Shown: piece by piece, positions 42,061-55,159 of the stretch
How positions within the stretch are numbered: the first letter of the stretch is position 1
How the letters are laid out: every line of letters begins with the position of its first letter
DNA from: Balanoglossus misakiensis
Lineage: Eukaryota > Animalia > Hemichordata
Direction of reading: 5' to 3'
NCBI GenBank assembly: GCA_040954595.2
Contig: CM082589.2
Coordinates: forward strand, 7,623,186 to 7,687,185
DNA length: 64,000 nucleotides
Program-made: the position numbers and the translations under genes
Notes under the pieces: model-generated
Told to the model about the DNA's origin: nothing
Databases searched by the model: none
What the model saw: only the letters and a program-made list of their open reading frames with translations

Positions 42061-43468
42061 CTTTTTCTTCTTCTTCTTCTTCTTCTTCTGTCGTTTTTTC
42101 GGCCAGGTAGATCTGGGAAACGGCTAAACCTACCAATTTCAAACTTGGCACAATGGTGCAGGCCAATGAGAGCTAGTGCAGTACCCTTGTGAATGTTTAA
42201 TTAGTCACGTGACCTGATGACCATATAAGGACAAAATTTTCAAATTGGCCTTATTTGCATATGAATGGACATATCAAAATTCTTTTAGCAAGCTTTACGG
42301 ACCATATGGCCAGGGTTCTACATGCCAAATGTCAAGGCCATAGGCCATGTCAATTTTGATAAGAAGATTTTTAAGTATTATTTTTCATATTTTTCGCCCA
42401 AGCCATGGGCCTATACCTTACATAGTAAAGCTATGAACACATATTATTTTGGATAAATATGCATACATATCTCAAAATCTGTAAGGCCGATCATCTCCAA
42501 CTTTGGTGTGCAGCAAGCCTAGCATTTGTCAATAATTTTAAGCAAAAAAAAATAATATGAAAAATCGACCGATTTTTTTATATTAATTTTTTTATTAAAT
42601 TTATTCCTTTACTTATACCTCTATGGTTAAGCTATGTCCATGTCTTATTGTGGAATTCTTCTGGTCTGTGCAATGTACAGTGACTGTCTATTGGTCAGTG
42701 AGCACAATGGCACCAAAATAAAAGGCAAAATTTTAGGCTCACCTGTAACACCTGCTTAACTCATTAATTATGTGCATACCTAATTCTGGGCTAACTAAGA
42801 GGGCTAGAGGTTTCGTTCTTGTGGGACATGGACCAGTATAGGGTCAAAATTTCTTGCCAAAATTTGGGGTGACCTCAGGTGACCTTTGACCTACTTTCCT
42901 ATATCTCGGCATCCAGAGCAGGTACAGACTTGGCGTTTGGAGGGTTGGGACTTAAGTTGAAAAGCCAAAATAGGGGTCACCTGTGACACCTGCATATCTC
43001 ATTAATTATGTGCATACCTAATTCCAGGCTAACCAATAGGGCTATAGGTTTGGTTTTTGTTGAACGTGGACCAGTATAGGGTCAAAATTTATTGCCCAAC
43101 TTTTGCATGACCTCAGGTGACCTTTGACCTACTTTACCATATCTTGGCATCGAGAGCAGGTACAGACTTGGCGTTTGGAGGGTTGGGACTAAAATTGAAA
43201 AGCCAAATTGGGGGGGTCACCTGTGACACCTGCCTACCTCATTTATTATGTGCATACCTAATTCCAGGCTAACCAATAGGGCTATAGGTTTGGTTTTTGA
43301 TGAACATGGACCAGTATAGGGTCAAAATTTCTCGCCCAAATTTTGCATGACCTCAGGTGACCTTTGACCTTCTTTTCCATATCTTGGCATCCAGAGCAGA
43401 TATGCTTATTGCTATGTTGCTATGTGCTATGTTGGCTTGGGCCCGCCATTGCTGCTTGCAGCTATATT
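42061..43468 (+). mobile_element. Type B element body (its head inferred at 40534)
   Basis: Homologous to the 20690-24019 bodies; tail GCTTGGGCCCGCCATTGCTGCTTGCAGCTATAT. Confidence 0.8.
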
Positions 43469-46400
43469 TACGGGCCCAAGCCAAGCCAGGCTTGGGCCCG
43501 TATTGGTTTCGTTGGGGTTTTTCAGTCTTTCTTTCTTTCCTTCTTTATTCTTGGTTCCATTTTTCGGCCACCTAAATCTCAAAAACTGCAGCACCAACCA
43601 GGCTGAAACTTGGTAGGCAGATAGGGGCCAATGAGTAGATGTGCAGTGGCTCGTGAATATGTAATTAGTCACGTGACCTGGCGGCCATATTGGATTTTCT
43701 GAAAAAATGCAAATCTCAGATCTCAGAAACTACAAGTCAGATTGACTTCAAATTTGGTGTGCAGCTAGTATACCTTATGCCCATCATTTTTGTAATTGGA
43801 TATTATGCTGTCAATGTTGCAGTTTTTTTGCTACAGTTGTTTTTCTGAAATCTGGTCAAAATTTCAAAAATCTTCTTCTCCAGAACCGGCGATAACCGAG
43901 TCACGCTGTTTGGGGTATGTGGTCACCTAACTGATGTCTATCAAGTTTGCGAAGATCATTGTGATTGGTCGAAGATTATGGTGGCCATATTGGATTTTCG
44001 AAAAACCATAGTAAAACTTCAAAAATCTTCTTCTCCAGAACGGGCGATAACCGAGTCAAAATATTTGGTGTGTGTGGTCATTAAACAGATGTCTATCAAG
44101 ATTGCGAAGGGGAATGTGATTGGTCGAAGATTATGGCGGCCATATTGGATTTTGTGAAAAACGATTAAAAAGTAAAAATTCCCTTTCTAGCCTAAACATT
44201 GATAGCACAGAAATTCTTTTTATGGATATGAATCATCAAATGAGAAGAATAAGCTATAAATATTTTGGTAATTTTGGCAATGACCTTTGACCTACTTTTG
44301 ACGCATCATTTTTCTGCATATCTAATTCCAGGCTAACCAATAGGGCTATAAGTTTGGTTTTTGATGTATGTTGATTTGTATGTGATCAAAAAATTTTGCT
44401 ACTTTTCATGACCCCTTTGACCTCTGCTGACCTCATTAAATATGCACATACCTAATTAATGATGAACCAATAGACCTAGAGGTTTTGTTTTTGTTATACA
44501 TGGACCAGTATGGGGTCAAAATATTTTGCACAAATGTTGGGTGACCTCAGGTGACCTTTGACCTACTTTTGCATATCTCGACATCCACAGCAGATACAGC
44601 CTTGGCGTTAGGAGGTATGGGGCTATACTGAAAAGCCAAAGTTTTGGGTCACCTGTGACACCTGCTTAACTCATTATTTATGTGCATACCTAATTCCGGG
44701 TTAACCAAAAGGGCTAGAGGTCTGGTTTTTGTTGGACATGGACCACTATGGGTCAAAATATTCTGCCCAAATTGTGGGTGACCCCTGGGTGACCTTTGAC
44801 CTACTTAACACTATATCAGCACCAAACATAGATATAACCTTGATATTTCATGGGATAAAACACAGCATTATGTTTCTACTCATTAATTATGTGCATATCT
44901 AATAATCAGATCAGATAATAGAGCTTGGGCCCGGACAATGCTGCTTGCAGCTTTAATCTTTCTTTCTTTTTTCTTGTGTCAATTTCTTCGGCCAACGAGA
45001 TCTCTGAAACTACTGCAGGTACACTTCTCAAACTTGCTACAGTGGTCAAGGTCAATGAGTAGATGTGCAGTGACTTGTGAATAATTAATTAGTCACGTGA
45101 CCTGGCGGCCATATTGGATTTTCTGAAAAAATTCAAATCTCAGATCTCAGAAACTACAAGTCAGATCGACTTCAAATTTGGCATGCAGGTAGACTACCTT
45201 CTACCCATCATTTTTGTAATTGGAAATTTTGCTGTCAATGTTGCAGTTTTTTTGCGACAATTTTTTTTCTGAAATCTGGCTTAAATTTCAAAAATCTTCT
45301 TCTCCAGAACCAGTGATAACCGAGACACGGGGTTTGGGGTATGTGGTCACCTAACTGATGTCTATCAAGTTTGCGAAGATCAGTGTGATTGGTCGAAGAT
45401 TATGGCGGCCATATTGGATTTTGGAAAAACCATAGTTAAACTCCAAAAATCTTCTTCTCCAGAACGGGCGATGACTGAGTCGCAAGATTCGGGGAGTATG
45501 GTCACTACACTGATGTCTATCAAGTTTGCAAAGAGCATTGTGATTGGTCGAAGATTATGGCGGCCATATTGGATTTTGTAAAAAGCAGTGAAACATTGAA
45601 ATTCCTTTTTCTAGTCTAAAAATTGATAGCATACAAATTCTTTTTATGGATATCAATCGTCATGTGACTAAAATATGTTACAATTTTTTGGCGATTTTTC
45701 ATATGACCTTTGACCTACTTATCACGCGTTAGTATTTCTGCATATCTAATTCCAGGCTAACCTATAGGGCTAGACGTTTGGTTTTTGATGCATGTGGATT
45801 AGTGTGTGATCAAAATATTTTGCTACTTTTCATGACCCCTTTGACCTCTGCTGACCTCATTAATTATGTGCATAGCTAATTACAGGCGAACCAATAGAGC
45901 TAGAGGTTTGGTTTTTGTTGGACACAGACCAGTATGAGATCAAAAATTTTTGCCCAAATGTTGCGTGACCTCTGGTGACCTTTGACCTACTTTCGCATAT
46001 CTCAGCATCCAGAGCAGATACAGCCATGGCATTTGGTAGGATGGGACCAAAATGTAAAGCCACATTTTTGAGTCACCTGTGACACCTGCTGACCTCATTA
46101 AATATGCACATACCTAATTACAGGCGAACCAATAGAGCTAGAGTTTTGGTTTTTGTTGGACATAGACCAGTATGGGTCAAAAAATTTTGCCCAAATGTTG
46201 GGTGACCTCAGGTGACCTTTGACCTACTTTACCCTATTTCAGCAGCAAAAATACATACGTCTTTGTTATGTCATGAGATAAAACACCTGATAGAGCATTC
46301 TGTTTCTTCTCATTCATACTGTGCATATTATACCGGATCAGCGCTTGGGCCCGACAATGCTGCTTGCAGCTTTAATTTACGGGCCCAAGCCAAGCCAGGC

Positions 46401-49400
46401 TTGGGCCCGTATTGGTTTCGCTAGGGTTTTTCTGTCTTTCTTTCTTTCTTTCTTTCTTTATTCTTGGTTCCATTCTTTATCGCTCTAGATCTCAGACACC
46501 ACTGCAGATACAGTTCTCAAACTTGCTACAGTGGTCAAGGTCAATGAGTAGATGTGCAGTGACTTGTGAATACTTAATTAGTCACGTGACATGGCGGCCA
46601 TATTGGATTTTCTGAAAAAATGCAAATCACAGATCTCAGAAACTACAAGTCAGATCGACTTCAAATTTGGCATGCTGGTAGACTACCTTCTGCCCATCAT
46701 TTTTGTAATTGGAAATTATGCTGACAAAGTTGCAGTTTTTTTGCTACAATTTTTTTTCTGAAATCTGGCTTAAATTTCAAAATTCTTCTTCTCCAGAACC
46801 GGTGATAACCGAGACACGGGGTTTGGGGTATGTGGTCACCTAACTGATGTCTATCAAGTTTGCGAAGATCATTGTGATTGGTCCAAGATTATGGCGGCCA
46901 TATTGGATTTTCGAAAAACCCTAGTAAAATTTCAAAAATCTTCTTCTCAAGAACCGGCGATAACCGAGTCACAAGATTTGGTGTATGTGGTCATTAAACA
47001 TATGTCTATCAAGTTTGCAAAGAAGAATGTGATTGGTTGAAGATTATGGCGGCCATATTGGATTTTGTGAAAAACGATTAAAAAGTAAAAATTCCTTTTC
47101 TAGCCTAATAATTGATAGCACAGAAATTCTTTTTATGGATATGAATCATCATATGACAAGAATAAGCTATAAATATTTTGGTAATTTTGGCAATGACCTT
47201 TGACCTACTTTTGACGCATCATTTTTCTGCATATCTAATTCCAGGCTAACCAATAGGGCTATAAGTTTTGTTTTTGATGTATGTAGATTTGTATGTGATA
47301 AAAAAAATTTGCTACTTTTCATGACCCCTTTGACCTCTGCTGACCTCATTAAATATGTGCATACCTTATTACAGATTAACCAATAGACCTAGAGGTTTGG
47401 GTTTTTTTGGACTTGGATCAGTATGGGGTCAAAATATTTTGCCCAAATGTTGGGTGACCTCGGGTGACCTTTGACCTACTTTTGCATATCTCGGCATCCA
47501 AAGCAGGTACAGCCTTGGCATTTGGAGATATGGGGCCATAATGAAAAGCCAAAGTTTTGGGTCACCTGTGGCCTCTGCTGACCTCATTAATTATGTGCAT
47601 AGCTAATTACAGGCGAACCAATAGAGCTAGAGGTCTGGTTTTTGTTGGACATGGACCACTATGAGTAAACATTTTCTGCCCAAATTTTGGGTGACCTCAG
47701 ATGACCTTTGACCTACTTTTGCATATCACGGCATCCAAAGCAGGTACAGCCTTGGCATTTGGAGATATGGGGCCATAATGAAAAGCCAAAGTTTTGGGTC
47801 ACCTGTGACACCTGCTGACCTCATTTATCATGTGCATAGCTAATTCCAGGCAAACCAAAAGGGCTAGAGGTCTGGTTTTTGTTGGACATGGACCACTATG
47901 GGTCAAAATGTTCTGCCCAAATTGTGGGTGACCTCTGGGTGACCTTTGACCTACTTAACACTATATCAGCACCAAACATAGATATAACCTTGATATTTCA
48001 TGGGATAAAACACAGCATTATGTTTCTACTCATTAATTACGTGCATATCTAATAATCAGATCAGATAATAGAGCTTGGGCCCGGACAATGCTGCTTGCAG
48101 CTTTAATTACGGGCCCAAGCCAAGCCAGGCTTGGGCCCGTATTGGTTTCGCTGGGGTTTTTCTGTCTTTCTTTCTTTCTTTATTCTTGGTTCCATTTTTT
48201 ATCGCTCTAGATCTCAAACACCGCTGCAGGTACAGTTCTCAAACTTGCTACAGTGGTCAAGGTCAATGAGTAGATGTGCAGTGACTTGTGAATACTTAAT
48301 TAGTCACGTGACATGGCGGCCATCTTGGATTTTCTGAAAAAATGCAAATCTCAGATCTCAGAAACTGCAAGTCAGGTCGACTTCAAATTTGGCATGCTGG
48401 TAGACTACCTTCTGCCCATCATTTTTGTAATTAGAAATTATGCTGACAAAGTTGCCGTTTTTTTGCTACAATTTTTTTTCTGAAATCTGGCCTAAATTTC
48501 AAAAATCTTCTTCTCCAGAACCGGTGATAACCGAGACACGGGGTTTGGGGTATGTGGTCACCTAACTGATGTGTATCAAGTTTGCGAAGATCATAGTGAT
48601 TGGTCCTAGATTATGGCGGCCATATTGGATTTTCGAAAAACCCTAGTAAAATTTGAAAAATCTTCTACTCAAGAACCGGCGATAACCGAGTCACAAGATT
48701 TGGTGTGTGTGGTCATTAAACAGATGTCTATCAAGTTTGCGAAGATGAATGTGATTGGTCGAAGATTATTGCGGCCATATTGGATTTTGTGAAAAACGAT
48801 TAAAAAGTAAAAATTCCCTTTCTAGCCTAATAATTAATAGCACAGAAATTCTTTTTATGGATATGAATCATCATATGACAAGAATAAGCTATAAATATTT
48901 TGGTAATTTTGGCAATGACCTTTGACCTACTTTTGACGCATCATTTTTCTGCATATCTAATTCCAGGCTAACCAATAGGGCTATAAGTTTGGTTTTTGAT
49001 GTATGTGGATTTGTATGTGATCAAAAAATTTTGCTACTTCTCATGACCCCTTTGACCTCTGCTGACCGCATTAAATATGCACATACCTAATTAATGATGA
49101 ACCAATAGACCTTGAGGTTTTGTTTTTGTTATACAGTATGGGGTCAAAATATTTTGCCCAAATGTTGGGTGACCTTGGGTGACCTTTGACCTACTTTTGC
49201 ATATCTCGACATCCACAGCAGATACAGCCTTGGCGTTTGGAGGTATGGGGCCATAATGAAAAGCCAAAGTTTTGGGTCACCTGTGACACCTGCCTAACTC
49301 ATTATTTATGTGCATACCTAATTCCAGGCTAACCAAAAGGGCTAGAGGTCTGGTTTTTGTTGGACATGGACCACTATGGGTCAAAATTTTCTGCCCAAAT

Positions 49401-52400
49401 TGTGGGTGACCCCTGGGAGACCTTTGACCTACTTTACACTATATCAACACCAAACATAGATATAACCTTGATATTTCATGGGATAAAACAGAGCATTATG
49501 TTTCTACTCATTAATTATGTGCATATCTAATATCAGATCAGATAATAGAGCTTGGGCCCGGACAATGCTGCTTGCAGCTTTAATTCTTTCTTTATTCTTG
49601 TGTCAATTCTTCGGCCAACTAAATCTCTGAAACTACTGCAGGTACACTGCTCAAACTTGCTACAGTGGTCAAGGTCAATGAGTAGATGTGCAGTGACTTG
49701 TGAATACTTAATTAGTCACGTGACCTGGCGGCCATATTGGATTTTCTGAAAAAATGCAAATCTCAGATCTCAGAAACTACAAGTCAGATCGACTTCAAAT
49801 TTGGCATGCCGGTAGACTACCTTCTGCCCATCATTTTTGTAATCGGAAATTATGCTGTAAAAGTTGCAGTTTTTTTGCTACAATTTTTTTTCTGAAATCT
49901 GGCTTAAATTTCAAAAATCTTCTTCTTCAGAACCAGTGATAACCGAGTCACGGGGTTTGGGGTATGTGGTCACCTAACTGATATCTATCAAGTTTGCGAA
50001 GATCATTGTGATTGGTCGAAGATTATGGCGGCCATATTGGATTTTCGAAAAACCATAGTAAAACTGCAAAAATCTTCTTCTCCAGAACGGGTGATGACTG
50101 AGTCGCAAGATTCGGGGAATATGGTCACTACACTGATGTCTATCAAGTTTGCAAAGAACATTGTGATTGGTCGAAGATTGTGGCGGCCATATTGGATTTT
50201 GTAAAAAGCAGTGAAAAATTGAAATTCCCTTTTCTAGTCTAAAAATTGATAGCATACAAATTCTTTTTATGGATATCAATCGTCAGGTGACTAAAATATG
50301 TTACAATTTTTTGTCGATTTTTCACATGACCTTTGACCTACTTATCACGCGTTATTATTTCTGCATATCTAATTCCAGGCTAACCTATAGGGCTAGACGT
50401 TTGGTTTTTGATGAACATGGATTAGTGTGTGATCAAAATATTTTGCTACTTTTCATGACCCCTTTGACCTCTGCTGACCTCATTAATTATGTGCATAGCT
50501 AATTACAGGCGAACCAATAGAGCTAGAGGTTTGGTTTTTGTTGGACATGGACCAGTATGGGATCAAAATTTTTTGCCCAAATGTTGGGTGACCTCTGGTG
50601 ACCTTTGACCTACTTTCGCATATCTCAGCATCCAGAGCAGATAAAGCCATGGCATTTGGTAGGATGGGACCAAAATGTAAAGCCACATTTTTGGGTCACC
50701 TGTGACACCTGCTGACCTCATTAAATATGCACATACCTAATTACAGGCGAACCAATAGAGCTAGAGTTTTGGTTTTTGTTGGACATGGACCAGTATGGGT
50801 AAAAAAAAATTGCCCAAATGTTGGGTGACCTCAGGTGACCTTTGACCTACTTCACCCTATTTCAGCAGCAAAAATACACACATCCTCGTTATGTCATGAG
50901 ATAATACATCTGATAGAAAATTCTGTTTCTTCTCATTCATACTGTGCATATATAATTCAAGATCAGCGCTTGGGCCCGACAATGCTGCTCGCAGCTTTAA
51001 TCTTTCTTTCTTTCTTTATTCTTGTGTCAATTCTTCGGCCAACTAAATCTCTGAAACTACTGCAGGTACACTGCTCAAACTTGCTACAGTGGTCAAGGTC
51101 TATGAGTAGATGTGCAGTGACTTGTGAATACTTAATTAGTCACGTGACCTGGCGGCCATATTGGATTTTCTGAAAAAATGCAAATCTCAGATCTCAGAAA
51201 CTACAAGTCAGATCGACTTCAAATTTGGCATGCAGGTAGACTACCTTGTACCCATCATTTTTGTAATTGGAAATTTTGCTGTCAATGTTGCAGTTTTTTT
51301 GCTACAATTTTTTTTCTGAAATCTGGCTTAAATTTCAAAAATCTTCTTCTCCAGAACCAGTGATAACCGAGACACGGGGTTTGGGGTAAGTGGTCACCTA
51401 ACTGATGTCTATCAAGTTTGCGAAGATCATCGTGATTGGTCGAAGATTATGGCGGCCATATTGGATTTTCGAAAAACCATAGTTAAACTCCAAAAATCTT
51501 CTTCTCCAGAACGGGCGATGACTGAGTCGCAAGATTCGGGGAGTATGGTCACTACACTGATGTCTATCAAGTTTGCAAAGAGGATTGTGATTGGTCGAAG
51601 ATTATGGCGGCCATATTGGATTTTCTAAAAAGCAGTGAAAAATTGAAATTCCTTTTTCTAGTCCAAAAATTGATAGCATACAAATTCTTTTTATGGATAT
51701 CAATCGTCATGTGACTAAAATATGTTACAATTTTTTGGCGATTTTTCACATGACCTTTGACCTACTTATCACGCGTTATTATTTCTGCATATCTAATTCC
51801 AGGCTAACCTATAGGGCTAGACGTTTGGTTTTTGATGCTTGTGGATTAGTGTGTGATCAAAATATTTTGCTACTTTTCATGACCCCTTTGACCTCTCCTG
51901 ACCTCATTAATTATCTGCATAGCTAATTACAGGCGAACCAATAGAGCTAGAGGTTTGGTTTTTGTTGGACATGGACCAGTATGGGATCAAAATTTTTTGC
52001 CCAAATGTTTGGTGACCTCTGGTGACCTTTGACCTACTTTCGCATATCTCAGCATCCAGAGCAGATACAGCCATGGCATTTGGTAGGATGGGACCAAGAT
52101 GTAAAGCCACATTTTTGGGTCACCTGTGACACCTGCTGACCTCATTAAATATGCACATACCTAATTACAGGCGAACCAATAGAGCTAGAATTTTGGTTTT
52201 TGTTGGACATGGACCAGTATGGGTAAAAAAAAATTGCCCAAATGTTGGGTGACCTCAGGTGACCTTTGACCTACTTCACCCTATTTCAGCAGCAAAAATA
52301 CACACATCCTTGTTATGTCATGAGATAATACATCTGATAGAAAATTCTGTTTCTTCTCATTCATACTGTGCATATATAATTCAAGATCAGCGCTTGGGCC

Positions 52401-52979
52401 CGACAATGCTGCTCGCAGCTTTAATTTGCTTTTGGGTTCATTAAAATGCAGTTTTGAACTCTGTATTTTGTAAAATTTTCTTACAAACCCACCCCCTTCA
52501 CTTCTCGGTTTACAATGTCTCCCAACACAGAATACAAAATACTTAAAAAATAGAAACAATTTTCAGTTTTAATACCCACTGATAAGGGGAAACATCAGTT
52601 TCAAATTCTTTTCATGGGAGCGCTGTTTTTCTTTTTTACAAGATAGATAGGTGATGTGTTTTGCTCTGTGAAAGAAAATGGGGGGGGGGGATTTGAAAAT
52701 TTTAGCAGTTCGGAAGGGGGGGGATTTGAAAGTATTTCGGGTTGTTGAGGGGGGCATGTGAAAATTAACGGTAAAAAAAATTGAATTCTCCCGCCCCCCC
52801 CCCTCCAGAGGTGTTTGTGAATGCAGCCTAAGAACTGCAATGTTAACGAAGGTGCACAGATGAAACAGCAGTGCAACTTCATAGTGCTAGTTCAACTCTT
52901 TCACCAACTTGGGTCATTCAAAAACCATGTTTTTAATGGTAAAGTTGGACCTCTAAAGAAGGGACCAGGGGTGAAAGGG

Positions 52980-54350
52980 TAGCAGACAGACAGACAGGCA
53001 GGCAGACAGACAGACAGACCTACAGGCAGGCAGGCAGGCAGACAGGCAGACAGACAGACAGACGGGCAGGCAAGGAGGCCGAAAAAAGTTACACATAGCG
53101 CCCTTACATTGATAAATATTTAAACGTGTCCAATGCCCCAATGTTTTTTTTTTCAACAAATACACAATTTTCTCTTTTCTATAAAAATTGTCATATTTAT
53201 CATTTTGTTTGTGTGAATTCTATGTACCAGTAACATGTTGCATTATAAATAAACCTGGTATATGCCAACAAAGATATCAATTACAGAGTAAATTGAATTC
53301 AAAACACAATTGGAAATATTTTGGGATAATTAATATTTCATTGTAATAAACTCAGCGCAGTGTATGCATGTAGCATACACACTCGACATATTGTATCATG
53401 TTGTTTTGGTTTTTTTTTTTGGTGTTGTTTTCGGTGGTTTGGTTTGGTTTGGTTTGGTCATCAATGATAGAATACCACATTCTCCCCAAGTACAACGAAT
53501 ACTATTAGTTTTGTACGCGTTTTATCAGTATGCAATTATACCAAAATAGTTTCAATCGTGTTGTCTTACACCCGACCCGTGCGAGTTATTTCTCAAAATA
53601 ATTAGGTGAAATATATGAATGTACAATTTAAATTAAGAATATCCCGACTCTTTTTCTGATGTCGCGAGAGAATAGAGAAATTTAGCTTTGTTTGGTGTCA
53701 CTGTACATGGCTTCACATGTACTGCTCATCTGGTGGACTAGTTACTCGAGCTCAGACCAAAATACCGCGCGATCAGGTCACATATTAACAGTCTAGGCCG
53801 GCTAACAAACAATTTAGCATTTGACTGTTGCCAACTCATTGGTCGTTGGCCACAGCAGGGTAACACACAAGACCATAAACAGACAGACAGGCAGGCAGAC
53901 AGATAGAAAAAAGTTACAGATAACGGGTTAAGTTTTATAAACCTTTCAACATGTCCAGGCCCCATTCACCATTTACTTTTATCCACAAGCTGTTTGTCAA
54001 CAAAAAACAAAATTTGCTATTTTCTTTAACAATTGTCAAATTTCTAACTTATTTTTCAATCATTGTAAGTACCAGTAACATGTTGCCTTATAAATAAACT
54101 AGGTTTTGCCGAGAAACTGAACAAACCAATTACAGAATGAATTGAATTTGTAGCCCCGTGTAGGTTGTCTCTGATATTTGAATGTCCAGTTAAAAATAAA
54201 CACGAACATCCCGACTCTTTTTCTGGTGTCGCGAGAGAATATAGTAGAGAAAATCAAAAGTATGTTTGGTGTCACTGTTTGTGAATTGAAAAAAAAATAA
54301 AAAAAATAAGTAGAGCACATGTACTGCTCATCCACTGGACTAGTTACTCA
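52980..54350 (+). repeat. Diverged local tandem duplication upstream of the protease gene
   Basis: Collinear shared blocks: (CAGA/CAGG)n+AAAAAAGTTACA (53080/53907), GTACCAGTAACATGTTGC (53224/54069), ATCCCGACTCTTTTTCTG.TGTCGCGAGAGAATA (53641/54208), CACATGTACTGCTCATC..TGGACTAGTTACTC (53714/54316). Confidence 0.75.
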
Positions 54351-54454
54351 CTTTCTTTAAAATTATAGCCTTTCCCCTCTAATACAACAGATGTTACTCG
54401 TTTATACACATTTCAGTCGTACAGTTCTAATTGCAGGGATAAAAAGTCAACACC

Positions 54455-54615
54455 AGCCAACCAACCAACCAAAGAAACAAACGAACAAACAAACAAACAA
54501 ACAAACGAACAAACAAACAAACACACACACACACAAACAAACAAACACAGACAGAAAGACAGACAGACATACAGGCAAGTCAACAAGAAACAAACAAACA
54601 AACAAAATACAAACC
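54455..54615 (+). repeat. Compound (CAAA/CA/CAGA)n microsatellite
   Basis: Direct inspection. Confidence 0.9.
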
Positions 54616-54684
54616 AAACACTGCAGTGAGGTACGAGATACAGTTCATTAAAATTCTCGACACACACGTCTATATACATGGTAT

Positions 54685-55159
<475 letters not shown>

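Larger units (their letters stand above)
11043..52425 (+). mobile_element. Cluster of 28 non-autonomous Helentron/Helitron2-type (HINE/DINE-1-like architecture) elements, nested, all in one orientation
   Basis: 5' end: TTA/TTAC-GGGCCCAAGC-loop-GCTTGGGCCC hairpin, then a T-rich/(TTTC)n tract. 3' end: subterminal inverted copy GCTTGGGCCC, a 7-8 nt spacer, stem-loop GCTGC-TT/TC-GCAGC, then TTTAAT or TATAT. No TSDs; junctions lie in T runs. Tails end at 13023, 14471, 16607, 17716, 19142, 20556, 21747, 22953, 24019, 25493, 27066, 28721, 30151, 31571, 32773, 34299, 35967, 37624, 39037, 40453, 42060, 43468, 44957, 46376, 48107, 49584, 51001, 52425. No RepHel coding sequence seen. Confidence 0.8.
10661..52828. 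mobile_element. MITE (~0.8 kb if empty) interrupted by the 41-kb nested element cluster
   Basis: ~45-bp TIRs GGCTGCATTCACAAACACCTCTGGAGGGGGGGG..GGAGAATT at 10661 and reverse complement ending at 52828, TA on both sides; both halves carry same-orientation GGGGGGATTTGAAA subrepeats. Confidence 0.75.

Noticed and set aside
11043-52425. Tandem multigene family suggested by recurring ORFs (MQISDLRNYK.., MALHFGPIL.., MDINRHVTK..)
   Set aside because: The ORFs are short, occur on both strands, are broken by stops or frameshifts in many copies and have no recognisable domain; they recur only because the DNA is repeated.
11043-52425. Simple satellite or single rolling-circle concatemer
   Set aside because: Adjacent units belong to different subfamilies and heads are separated from bodies in nested order, which head-to-tail amplification would not produce.
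11043-52425. Autonomous Helitron, LINE or LTR element
   Set aside because: No long ORF, no HUH, helicase or RT motifs, no poly(A) tails, LTRs or TSDs seen.
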